Below are positions 11,101-23,365 of a stretch of 64,000 bases of DNA, in pieces. The first letter of the stretch is position 1, and each line of letters begins with the position of its first letter. Under the pieces are notes generated by a model, which was given only the letters and a program-made list of their open reading frames with translations, ran no database searches and was not told the DNA's origin. The position numbers and the translations under genes were made by a program. The stretch comes from Callorhinchus milii (lineage: Eukaryota). The DNA lies in assembly GCF_018977255.1 (NCBI RefSeq), contig NW_024704743.1, forward strand, positions 81,594,001 through 81,658,000, given 5' to 3'.

Positions 11101-13494
11101 GCCATTTTCTTAAAATTTAAGAATGTTGGAAAAGTAAAAACAGTCTGAAATTCACTCTTAACTTGGGAGTCTCTTTTCTTATCCATAAAGTTTCATAAAG
11201 TGATTATTACATAGAAATGTCTGACAAGGTTTCTGTAAAATGTAACGCTTGTATATTTGTAGGCAAAATCAGCAGTCACCTGGTGCACAGCAATGTTCTA
11301 CATAAAGTGAATGATATTGGTTAGGACATTGGGAAAAATCTGCTTGGTTGTTCAAATAGTGTCACAGGATCCTTAAGTCCACCTGAAACAGGCACAGACG
11401 AGACCTTGGTTTAATGTTTCACCTGAAGCATAGCTGCCTGTGAGCTTAAAAGTCCCAACATTTTTTTGCTCAGCCGGGAATCTGACTGATGTGCAAAACC
11501 ATCACCATGCTTAAAAGAATGTCCAATGCAGACTGAACATTTTACATATTTATGCCATTGTATCAGCTTGGCTCAGCTGGTAGCACTAACATCACTGAGT
11601 CAGAAGGTTGAGGTTTCAAGCCCTACAACGGGATTTGAAACTCACATTGTTTAGATCAGGGGTTCTCTTTGTCACTGTGAGCCTCCCTAATCTAGAAAAA
11701 ACAATTGCGCCAACACACAGTCAACCAAGACAACACAAAGAACCCCAAATCCCATTCTCTACAAGAATATGAGCAAAAAAGTAGAAGGGCTCTAATCAAT
11801 ACTGTTACAAAAAGATCTGGAGTTGTGGAGTGAGCTGGATTTGTATATTAATTGCTTTGGCAAAAATGCTTTGCGCGCACTAAGGTTTTCCCTTTTTCGA
11901 AGCATTTTTTCAAACGCTTTCATTGTATTGTTTATTTTGTTGCACTTTATTCAATGAACATCAGCTGATCAATATTTTAAAGCTGCAGCATTCAGTTGTT
12001 TGTGAAAATGATTTCTTTGGATTTAGGGTTAATTTGATTTCAATGTGGGGATGGAAAATAAAACAAAGTGTTCCATAACTGTCTAAAAAGCTAGAGCGTG
12101 TATTATATGAATTGGTCAATTCGGGAATTAGCTAATTTTAGTTAGATATCCCTTAATATCCCTTAACAAAATTACAAATCCCTAGTGGTAGAGCAATGGT
12201 TAGAGAAGGTAGGGCTCTTGGAAAGAGATGTCTCAGAGGAACTTTATAGATGTACACAGGATTTTAAATGAGATTGAAAAAATAAGCACAGAACAATATA
12301 CCACAAACAGCCAAGAAGGAAAATGATTGCTATTTGATGCTCCCACACTTCCTGAACTGTACTGAATACATTATACATATTTTGAAAAACTAGATTTTTT
12401 TTCTTGGGACAGAATATGCTGACCTACTTCCTCTCCTAACTCTCCACGTAGTTAGTCTGCCATTTGCTTATCTAACTGGGAAGATCCAGAGTGTCCGTTC
12501 ATGCATTTAACGTAGCACCACGGTTTACATAAACCTGGTTCATAAAGTTGGATCCCACTGCTAAAAGCTGCTACAGCTAAGCCTTCCCATGGCACCTTAA
12601 GATCAAAAAGCCCTGGGTCGGCCAAAATTAAAGCAGATCACTCCATCAAGCAAATACTGATTTTTTTTGCAGAGGAAACCATTTGGACAGGTCAGTGGGA
12701 GGCTCTTTACCAGTGCACTAAGTGTCGATCTATATTTTAATGAGTGAGCTGAATTTTTAACTGTTAATCAGTTATTTTCGTAAATCCTGCACTGTCCAGT
12801 GAGAAGTTGCACTGGAAATATTTAATTGTTATTCCTCATTAGCTCTGCACAAAGAACTGCTGGGTCTGTATGGAGCACAAGCCCTTATTTCAGAAGATAA
12901 CATCTGTCCCAGTTGCTGCTATTAAAAAGCCGACTGCGACATTTCCTTTGCAATATTCCAATTATCATTAATTGGCAAATCCAAGCCAAATTTTCAACTC
13001 ATTTAATGATGCCTAACATCTTTGGTATGTCGGAAGTATGAAAACTTGTTGATGTGTGACCATAATAATCCTACATTTTGTATTGCCAGCAAAGGTCAAA
13101 ACAAAACTAGCCAGAATTAAAACTGTTTCGCAGGGTACGTACAGTATCAGTGTTGGAGTGTTAGTGAGGGATTTTTCCTATGCAACTGCAGCATATATTT
13201 AAATTCACCTACAGTGTGGTTTGTTGTATTTCTAAATAGAGAGAAACTGATGTCTGAAAGTCGTTACAAGTGTATTTGAGTGATTGAAGTGATGTCAAAT
13301 AAATACTCAAACTAGAGATTTTTTTAAAATTGTTATCTGAGCACCGAAGTTTGGATTTCTTCCTAACATAGTAAAGGACGGCATTGAGTGTTTAGTGATA
13401 CTGATTACTTCCCTTTTGTGTGAAGGGTACTTCGATTTGGAAAACAAAATTAGATTTGGATGTGTTCTTGTACCTGCAGTGATTGTCAGTGTGA

Positions 13495-13895
13495 ATACAA
13501 TTTACATTGATATTCTGTAGTGCCGTTCATATTGGGAGGATGTCTCAAAGTGCTTGACAATGCTGGATGGGTACTCAAGTTGCAAGTGGGAATCAAGGAT
13601 CGTGGGAGGGGAAAGATAACTGAAAGCATCAAAGAGGTACTTTTTGAGATGTGCCTTGAATGAGAGGAAGGAGGGAGTGAGTCATTTGAACTCTGGGAAG
13701 GAGTTCCAGACCTCAGGGCAGAATGGCTGAAAGCCAGCTCACTCATGGTGGAGTCCATAGGGAAGGGGACATGAAGGAGGTGGAGTGAGGTAGCCAGGTC
13801 AATAAGGTTTGAGGAGGTTACTATGGTAGAGTAGGACAAGACCATGGAGGGATTTAAATGTGAGAACGGGGATCTTGAACTAGATCTGTTTGGGG
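13495..13895 (-). mobile_element. Old L2 3' fragment
   Basis: Reverse of ttcaagatcc...ccctccatgg...ctggaactcc...tgagacatcctcccaa. Confidence 0.7.
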
Positions 13896-14289
13896 TCACA
13901 ATTCAACTCGCAACCAGAATTCAATTTGTTCCTTCTGTCAAGACAGAGACATAACAGTGAAAATTCAGTTTTATGGTTTCTACATGATAACAAATATTTC
14001 TAGGGTGTTTAAAAATAATCTATAAACTGCATTTTGTCTCAAATTCTGGAGAACTCAACTGTGTTTTGATAATATGGATTATCACTTTAAATACCAGAGT
14101 ATATTATTGAGACAATCTTGTGTCCCTCTGATGACCTGAGAAGAATAAGGAGCAGGATCTCCAATAAATATAAATAATTAATCCTTGCATTTGATATCGT
14201 GCTTTATCACATTGAAATATCTCAAAGTGCTTCACAGGATTTATTGTAAAGAGTTGTGTTTTTGTAGATGAACACAGTAGCAAATTTTA

Positions 14290-15100
14290 GAATACATTAG
14301 AATATATTAGAATATACAGCACAGAAACAGGCCATTCGGCCCAACTGGTCTATGCTGTTTTTTATGCTCCACATGAGCCTCCTCCTGCCCTTCCTCAACT
14401 AAGCCTTCAAGCATAACCTTCTATTCCTTTCTCCCCCATGTACCTATCTAGCTTTCCCTTAAATACATCTATGCTATTTGCCTCAACAATTCCTTGTGGA
14501 ATGTTCCACATTCCCACTACTCTCTGTGTGAAGAAATCTCTTCTAACTTCCCTATTTGATCTATTCGTGATGATTTTATATTGATGGATCTGGTTTTGGT
14601 CTCCCCCACAAGTGGAAACATCTTCCCTATGTCTACCCTATTAAAAAACCTTTCATCATTTTAAAGTCTTCTATCAGGTCACCCCTTACCCTCCTCTTTT
14701 CAAGAGAAAAAAGTCCAAGTATGTTCAGCCTTTCCTGATAGTTATAACCTCTCAGTTCTTCCATCATCCTTGTGAATCTCCTTTACACCCTCTCCAGTGC
14801 CTCTACGTCCCTTCTATAACATGGGGACCAGAATTGCACAATATTCTAAGTGTGGTCTAACCAAGGTTCTGTGGAGGTTTACCATAACTTCCCTGCATTT
14901 CATTTCTATCCCTCTAGAAATGAACCCCAATGTCGGCTTTGCCTATTTTATGGCTTTATTAACCTGCGTTGCTACTTTTAGTGAATTGTGTATGTGTACT
15001 CCAAAGTCCCTTTGCTCCTTTACCCTATTTAGGTTTATATTTTCCAGGATGTATGTGACTTCCTTATTCCTTCTACCAAATTGTACCACCTCACACTTTT
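14290..15100 (-). mobile_element. CR1 3' fragment
   Basis: Minus frame KCEVVQFGRRNK...EQRDFGVHIHNSLK; CR1-type 3'UTR ggccgaatggcctgtttctgtgctgta. Confidence 0.88.
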
Positions 15101-16637
15101 CACAAAGTAAAGTCATGAAAGGCATGAGCAATTTTATCAGGAGAATTATTGAAGACACTGGGAGAAACAACTCTTTTAATCTTTCACACCCACCTGAAGA
15201 GATAGTGGTTTAACATGTCATCCGAAGGAAGACAATTCTGACAGTGCAGCTCTCTCCCTGTACTACATTGAAGTGTCAGTCTAGACTATGAAGTTACAAT
15301 TTTAGAGTCTTGATATGGTGCTCGAGGTGAGACTGCCAAGCCAGGTTTCAGCCAGGTGTAGCACAATGTTAACTGAATGAGCTATGAACAATGATTAGCC
15401 AAGATAGAGGCTCTACAAACTTGAAAAGAGATGTCTCAGAGAGATATATTAAATTTTAAATGATATTGAAAAAAAACGCTGAATAATACTTTTGATAAGC
15501 CAAGGCAGCAGAACAAGAAGGCAGTTTCAAGACAGATGCCAGGAAGTATTTCGTTATCCAGATTGTAACCAGGAAACTGAACTAATTTAAGAAAAGTTTG
15601 ACTCTGTTAATGGGAGGATGGCACAATGGGTATTCTAGAAGGATGAGATCAAATGGTCTGAAGTGCCTTTTTCCTTAGCAGATGACCTAAGCAGCACACC
15701 AGACAGTCGCTGTAAATTAGTGAGCGGGACAAGCAAGAGGGATGTTCCTTGGTGATTACGAGAATAGAGCTGTGTCGTGCTGACAGGTATTGTCTTTCAT
15801 GTCTCAAAATGTGCCTCTTTGACTGCACTTTTGGCCATCTTTCTTCTCCCCTCCCCTTTCTGCTCCTATCCCTAGTGTGGGTGCCAATCCAGTATTTTCA
15901 ATCATTTTCAGACATCCTCCCAACATGAGAAATGCTATATAAATGTAAATTGTATTGCATTGTAAGTGCTGTAGAAATGGGTGTGCCTGAATCCAATGGC
16001 TCGCAGCACCTTGGAAAAGGAGTTTTAACCTAGAAACTTTTCTTCATTAACGCAAGTTGTAAAGGGCTGAATGATATTCAACGGCACACTTTGCAAAGTG
16101 CAATTATTCCTCTTTCCATCTAAATTTCAGTTCAATGGTGGCTTCATATTGCATTGACATACTGCCATGAAGTACCCCAAAAAGAAGCACTAGAGGGAGC
16201 TGCTTGACTATTTATATCTACAGTACTGCATTGTGTATTAACTTCATTGAAGCTGCTGTACTCTCCTGCTGTGTTAATTATTTTTAGAAACCTGAAGTGA
16301 CCATGTGCTTCACTCACAACCACTACAGAGGGAGTCATCATTTAAAATAATGATGTACTTCTTAAAGTAAATCTCCAATCTAACAAATAATGATGAACTT
16401 TTAAAGTACTTCTTGGATACATTATTAACTTATCTCCTGACCTTAGTGTTGGATATATTTCCAGTGAAAACTAGTTCCAGGTGGAATTCTCGACATGGAG
16501 TATTGAAATGAAAATGATTCTGCCCAGTGTGTTTTATTACATTGAAATATCTCAAAGTGCCTTATACGTAATTGCTGCCAAGTTTAGAGACTATTAGACC
16601 AATGCAGCAGCTAGCAAAGTCCCATAAGGTCCATTAT

Positions 16638-16966
16638 GGGGAGTCCTGTAGCTCAGTGGTTAGAGCACTCGCTTTGCAAGCGAGAGACCTGAGTTCAATT
16701 CCAGGCAGGGCGAAACCTAGGGCAAGTTTCCTTACTCCACACACCTAATAATAATCCCTCCAAAAAAACAAAACAATAATAAATTGGTCATTTTCGATCC
16801 ATGACTGTTTGTGGGACATTGCTGTGCGCAATTGGCTGCCGCGTTCGCCCACAAATATACAGTCAATTCACTTTACAGTGTGTTCTGTGAAGCGCTTTGG
16901 GACGTCCTCCCGACGTGAAAAGCGCTATATCAAATGCAAGGATTATTATTATTATTATTATTATTA
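16638..16966 (+). mobile_element. Young full-length tRNA-Ala(TGC)-derived SINE with L2-type 3' stem-loop and (ATT)n tail
   Basis: A box tagctcagtgg, anticodon arm tcgctTTGCAagcga, B box gagttcaattcc; closely similar copies at 29655-29970, 38085-38409 and 40406-40633. Confidence 0.93.
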
Positions 16967-19900
16967 GGCCGACGGCGAGCGGCGGCCGGACAGTGCGGGG
17001 AGGAGCCTGGGCCTACCTACCCAGGTATTTAAACTCGACGCGGCAGGGAGTCCAGCTAGGGGGGGTGAGGGGGGTTGGGCTGTGGGGTGTGGGGGCGGAG
17101 CGGGGGAACCGCTGACATCATAGTTTAGTTTTCAGGAGTGTGCGCGCGCAACAAAAAAAAACCTCTGCGCCCCCCCGGGCTCAGAGCCCACCATGGTCCT
17201 GTTGGGTTGGCTGCCCCAGTCCCAGCCTACGGGATAATGTCATCAACCTGACCGCTCGCTCCCAGTCCCCGCGTGCGCACTATGGCTGCCGCTTTGACCC
17301 GAGCCCCCTCACCCCCTCCCTCCCTCGTCCCTCCTCTCTACCCCCAAACCCTCCCCCCTCTGCATCTCTCCCGCTCTGTCCTCCTCTCTCTCCGTCCCTC
17401 TCGCCTTCTATCCCCACTTGACCCTCCCACAACCGCCCTCTGTTCCAGCCTGGGAATCCTCCGCCGGGCTCACTTGGCGTTGGCTGTCCAGCAGCAGCCA
17501 CACCGACTGCCCCATTCCCCACCACACTCGCCAGCCACCCCGGACACAGACCCGGGGAGCCAACCTCGCCTCCCTCATCCCCATTTCCCCCACCCCTGCT
17601 TCACAACCTGGACCCCCGCTCCCCTCCCACACACCCTTCTGTCACCCGCTCCCTCCACATCGGACTACAAAACGTCTGCTCCCTCTGTAACAAGGCCCTG
17701 GTCATCAACGATCTCATCCTTGATGAGAGCGTTGTCATCATGGCCTTAACGGAAACCTGGCTCACCCCAGGCGACACCTTCCCCCTCACGGAGGCCACAC
17801 CACCCGGCTACACCTCCCACCACATCCCTCGCCCCAACCGCCGTGGCGGTGGTGTAGCCCTTATCTCAAGGACACCACTTGCCCTATCCCCCTACTCCTC
17901 TGGCTCTTTCCCCTCTTTTGAGCACCTCACCCTCTCCCACCCCTCCTTCCTCTCACTCAAAATCCTCCTCCTCTACCGGCCCCCTAAAACCTCTCCCACC
18001 TTCATCTCCGATATTTCGACACTCCTTACATCTCTCTGCCTCTGCTCTGATCGCCTCATCATCCTGGGCGACTTTAACCTGCACTTCACCCCCTCCTGCT
18101 CCATCTCCTCAGACTTCTCTTCCCTGCTCTCCTCGCTCAACCTCTCCCTCCACATCAACTCCCCCACTCACAGTCACGGCCACCCACTCGACTTGGTGAT
18201 CACCCGGGGCCTCAGTGTCTCGGATGTCACTATCACCGACAAGGCCATCTCCGACCACCACTTCATCTCCTTCACCACCTCCACCCCCTCCCCACCTCCA
18301 CCAGACCCACCACCATCTTCTACCGCCCTGGAAGAAGTTACCCCCACAATCCCTAACCGCTGCCTTGGAGTCCTCTGAACTCCTCTCCCTCTGGCCTTCA
18401 ACCCTCACTGACCCCTCTTCTCCTCTCACCCTCCTCCACAACACCCTCTCCTCCACACTCGACACTCTTGCCCCCATCACCTCCCGTACTGTCTCCTACT
18501 CTCGCTCCTCCCCCTGGTTCACCACCCACCTCCGCTCACTGAAAGCCAGGTGCGGGCCGCTGAACGCACCTGCGTCAAATCTGGCCTAACGGTCCACCGA
18601 CAAATCTGGCTGGACCTCCTCAAAATCTACCGCTCCACTCTAGCCTCGGCCAAGTCGTCCTTCTACTCCAGGATAATCCTGGAGGCGAAGAACAACCCCA
18701 GGCTACTGTTTTCTACCACATCCCGACTCCTCCGTCCCCCCCGCCACCCCGCGCAGGTCATCTCCTCCAACCTTCACTGCGAGGAGATGCTGGATTTCCT
18801 TGAATCCAAAATCAAGGGAATTCGCTCCGCGGTCACTTCCCCTCCAACATCCACCCACCACCCACCCCTTCCCTCCCACACTCCGACTCCTACCCATCCT
18901 CCCCTACACACTTTCGTACCCGTTTCCCCACCCTCTGTCACCAAACTCATCCTATCCCTGAAACCACCACCTGCTCCCTTGACCCCATCCCCACTCCACT
19001 CCTTATCTCCCAGCTCCACCTCCTTGCCCCACATATCACAGACATCGTCAACCTGTCCCTCTCCTCTGGCTCTGTTCCCATTCCCTTAAAAACTGCCACC
19101 ATCACTCCCACCTTGAAAAAACCCTCCCTTGATGCGTCGCAGCTATCAAGCTACCGGCCCATCTCCAACCTCCCCTTCCTGTCCAAGGTCCTGGAACGAG
19201 TTGTCGCCTCCCAGCTGCGCTCTTTCCTCTCCACCCATTCACTATCGAACCCCTTCAGTCGGGTTTCCGTACTGCCCATAGCACAGAAACTGCCCTGGTC
19301 AAGGTCACCAATGACATCCTGACCATCTGTGACCAGGGCTCCCTCTGCCTCCTCGTCCTCCTCGACCTATCGGCAGCATTCGATACGGTCGACCATGCTA
19401 TCCTCCTCCACCGCTTGTCCTCCCACCTCAACCTTCAAGGCACTGTCCTTGAGTGGTTTAGGTCGTACTTCTCCCACCGTCTTCACTATGTTTCCACGAA
19501 TGGATTTTCCTCCAGCCCCCGCACTGTCTCGTGCGGTGTCCCTCAGGGCTCTGTCCTCGGTCCCCTCCTCTTCACCCTCTATATGCTCCCCCTTGGTGAC
19601 ATCATCCGCAGACATGGGGTTAACTTCCACATGTATGCGGATGACACCCAACTCTACCTTTCCTCCTCTACCCTCAACTCCACGACCACCGATGTCCTGA
19701 CAGCCTGCCTGTCCGACATCGAGTCCTGGACGAGAGACAACTTTCTTCAGCTCAACGTGCGAAAAACTGAGGCCCTCCTGATTGGCTCACGTCAGCGCCT
19801 CCGCACCTCAGGCGCTGACACCATCAGCATCCAAGGCTGCACTCTCCACCTCTCAAAGCCAGTCAGGAACCTCGGTGTTCTGTTCGACCCTGAGCTGTCC

Positions 19901-20632
19901 TTTCTCCCTCATATCTGCGCCACAACTGGCACCGCCTTCCATCACCTCCGGAATATCGCCAGACTACGGCACTACCTCACCCCTCACGCTGCTGAAACTC
20001 TGGTCCACGCCTTTGTCACCTCAAGGCTGGACTATGGGAACTCTCTCCTCGCCGGCCTTCCCGGCACCTCCCTCCACAAGCTGCAGGTCATTCAGAACTC
20101 TGCAGCTCGTGTACTGTCCCGCACCAGGCTTCGGGACCACATCACTCCCACCCTCGCTCGCCTCCACTGGCTCCCCATCCCCCAGAGGATCGAATTCAAG
20201 ATCCTCATCCTCACCTACAAGGCCATTCACGGCCTTGCTCCCTCCTACCTCTCTGACCTACTATCCCCCTACCTACCTGCCCGTACTCTCCGTTCCTCTG
20301 AATCCGGTCTGCTCCACATCCCCCGCCCCAACCGCCCTACCATCGGTGGCCGGGCCTTCAGCCTCTCAGCCCCTAGGCTCTGGAACTCCATCCCCCAGTG
20401 CCTTCGCCTTGCTTCCTCCCTTTCCTCCTTCAAGGTCGGTCTCAAGACCTTTCTCTTTGACCGAGCCTTCAGCTCCCCTCTCGACTCCCTTCCCCCTCCT
20501 AGCTCCCTCCCTTCCCTCCCCTCACCCTGACCATTTCCCCCCTGCTCGGGTCCTGACCCAACCGTACAGCGCCTTGGGACGTCCTCCTGACGTGAAAGGC
20601 GCTCTATAAATGGAATCTTGTTTTTGTTGTTG
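16967..20632 (+). mobile_element. Young near-full-length L2 LINE (APE endonuclease + RT), frameshifted as assembled
   Basis: Motifs [69 protein letters not shown] and [11 protein letters not shown]; CpG-rich; (GTT)n tail; flanked by ttatta TSD (16961-66 / 20633-38). Confidence 0.97.
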
Positions 20633-21119
20633 TTATTAGTGAATGACCAATTTATCTGGAAGATTGTTGACAAGGACACTAAATTCCCTTCTTTCAAATA
20701 GTGTTGTGCTACCTTCAATATCACAACACTACTGTTGTGACCTCCAGCAATGCAGCACTCCACTGCAGTCTCTGGTCCATGAGCTCAAATCCTAACGTGG
20801 GGTTTGAACCCACCACCTTCTGGTCCAAAGTGAGTACTAACAATGTATCCACTGACTTGCTTGTTAACTCATTTACTATGTCTTTAAGTCCTGCCTTCAA
20901 ACCTACATGTTCTAACATGCCTATAGCTGTCTGCCCCTTCCCCTCTCTCATCTCCCTTGTTTGGTAACTTACCCCGTTCCTGTAAAGCATTCTGAGATAT
21001 TACTGTTTGTGAAGTGCGCTATATAAATAGAAGTTGCTGTTATGCTTATGTACTATGCAATATGTAGTGACTGCTATTGTGAACTTAGAATGGATCGTAG
21101 GAATGAATAATTACTGTAT

Positions 21120-21530
21120 TTTATATAGTGGTTTATCACTTCAAAATACCTCAAAGCAGTTCACAGTTTGCTGTAAAGTGAAGTGACTGTATTTCTAGGG
21201 AAACACAGCAGCCGATTTTTCTGCAGTGTAATACAGTAGTGTAACACAAACAGCCAGAAAGAGAGTGACCAATTTCTTTCTCTGGGGGATTGTTTGCCCA
21301 GGTCACCAGGAGAAGCTCTTCTCTTTTTGAATAGTGTCAGGAGATATTTAACGCCCACTGAACAAACAGATAGAATTTTGGTTCAATGTATCATCTGAAA
21401 GACAGCACTTCTGAGAATACAATGCTGCCCCATCATAGATAAGACTACGAGCTCAAGACCCAATGAAGGGCTTGAACCCACAACCTTCTGACTTTGAGGC
21501 AGGAGTGCTACCAACTGAGCCAGGCTCACC
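21120..21530 (-). mobile_element. Deu-domain SINE
   Basis: tcatctgaaagacagcac...gggcttgaacccacaaccttctgact...gagtgctaccaactgagccaggct. Confidence 0.8.
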
Positions 21531-21716
21531 TCATTAACTTGTTCTATGAATTATGTTACATCATACATCTGATACTTTTAAAATTGCTTTACAATTATTT
21601 ATTAAGTACACAAGGAGAAATTGCAAAATATACCAAATGGAAAAAAATAGCGTTTAGGGCATATATGCATAGCATGGATCCAGGGAGCAGAATAACCTTA
21701 CTTATGTTTAATGTTT

Positions 21717-21789
21717 CAGCGCCTTGGGACGTCCTCCCGACGTGAAAGGTACTCTATAAATGCAATCCTGTTGTTGTTGTTGTTGTTGT
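21717..21789 (+). mobile_element. Solo L2 3' terminus (stem-loop + tail only)
   Basis: cagcgccttgggacgtcctcccgacgtgaaaggtactctataaatgcaatcct(gtt)n. Confidence 0.88.
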
Positions 21790-22046
21790 AACGGTGTGCA
21801 TTCTGCGGTCCCCAAACCCCGGCTCTTGCCAACGTGAATCTGAACTCGCTGAGATTAGGTAAACAGGGTCTGTCCCTCTGGGAAGAGAGTGTGCTCTCTA
21901 TATCACTCAATTGGAAACCAAATAACAACAACATTTGCATTTATATAGCATCTTTCATGCGGGGTAGCATCTTGGAGCACTCTGAGACGCTACCCTGTGT
22001 GGAGGGCACTACATTAGTGCAAGTTGTTGCTGTTAGAGCGCATATT

Positions 22047-22407
22047 GGAGCCCTGTATTGTAGTGGTTAATGCGCTCACCTCTCAGGAGAGGGAACCCGG
22101 GTTTGATACCCGGACAGGGCGAAACTTTAGGCAAGTTTCCTTACTCTACATGCCTCTGTTTACCTAGCAGTAAGTAGGAACCTAGTCAATTGGCAGATCA
22201 CTTTCTGAGCATAATAATCTCTCCCAAAAAATAAATTAGTACTCAATCTACGACTGTTTGTGGTACACAGCTGTGCGTAATTGGCTGCCGCGTTTCACAC
22301 ATAAAATACAGTCAATCCACTTTACAATATTTTCTGTGAAGTGCTTTGATATGTCTCAATGATGTGATAAGGCATTATATCAAATATAAGGATGATTATT
22401 ACTAATA
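22047..22407 (+). mobile_element. tRNA SINE, older CORE-like subtype
   Basis: tRNA head, ggcaagtttccttactctacatgcctctgtttacctagcagtaagtagg, and the shared 3' half. Confidence 0.88.
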
Positions 22408-23365
22408 ACAGTGGCAGAGTTTCATGCCGGGCCAGGGAGAGAGGTGACCTTTGTTACATACTTATGCGGGACTTCCAATAATTTGGCTTAGAGACTCTTG
22501 AAACGTGGTGATGGGTTTCTGTGTGTGTGTCAAATATCTGGCTGACCAAAAAGTACAAGTGTTACAAAACCATCAAAAAATTAATCAAACTTTTGCCTGT
22601 GCAAATTCAAATCAGATGTTGATCCAGGGTGGGGGACGGACAGATTAACCAGGAGGGCCAGGTCTTGCTCTGAGCTTGGAATAGGTAACAATAAAATCTG
22701 CAGACAAGAACATTATGTTTTCTACGATGTAATACTGGCAAAAAAGGCCAAAAGACTAGTTCTCTGTATAATAAATGATAGTCATCGAGAAGCTGGTTCC
22801 TAAGCATCTTCTGATTAGTTCTCAGTATTACCTTCCCAAAGGTCAAACTCTTGGCAGCTTTCTCTGTGCAAATTTGTGCTCATTCATTGTAAGTACAGCA
22901 TGTATATAGAAAGAATTATCTTATGTGCCAATTCTTTTTCTTAGAAGCAGTGAGCCTGTTCAGGGAAATTTTTGACTGGATTTTATGTATTTAATGAGAA
23001 AAGCTGAGCTCCTCAGAGATTAAACTGCACACATTAAAGGTTTGAGGAATTGGATAATTTATCTTTGCCAATTTTCTGTCCTTCTCACCAGAAGTTTCCT
23101 GGGATGAAATTCCAGGGGCATTGAAAGCCTTGTTATACGTTGGCCAAATGGCCTTCCTTCCTGTGAAGCTGAACAAGGGCTTACCAGAGCTATTTGACTA
23201 TGAAGGCAGGAGGCATCACAGAAAAGCGTGACCCCGTTGACACCTGGGAATGCAAACTCCATATAACAATAATAATAAACGTTGCATTTGATACAGCACC
23301 TTATCACGTCTTCGAGACGTCTCAAGTTGCTTCACAGATTATACTGTAACGTGAATTGACTATAT

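Noticed and set aside
16638..16715. tRNA-Ala(TGC) gene
   Set aside because: It is the head of a multi-copy SINE and continues directly into SINE body and tail.
16638..20632. SINE-L2 chimera formed by template switching
   Set aside because: ttatta flanks both ends of the L2, so sequential insertion into the SINE tail is simpler.
20699..20735. 10-bp inverted repeat tagtgttgtg/cacaacacta
   Set aside because: Short and inside a decayed SINE; most likely a small local rearrangement.
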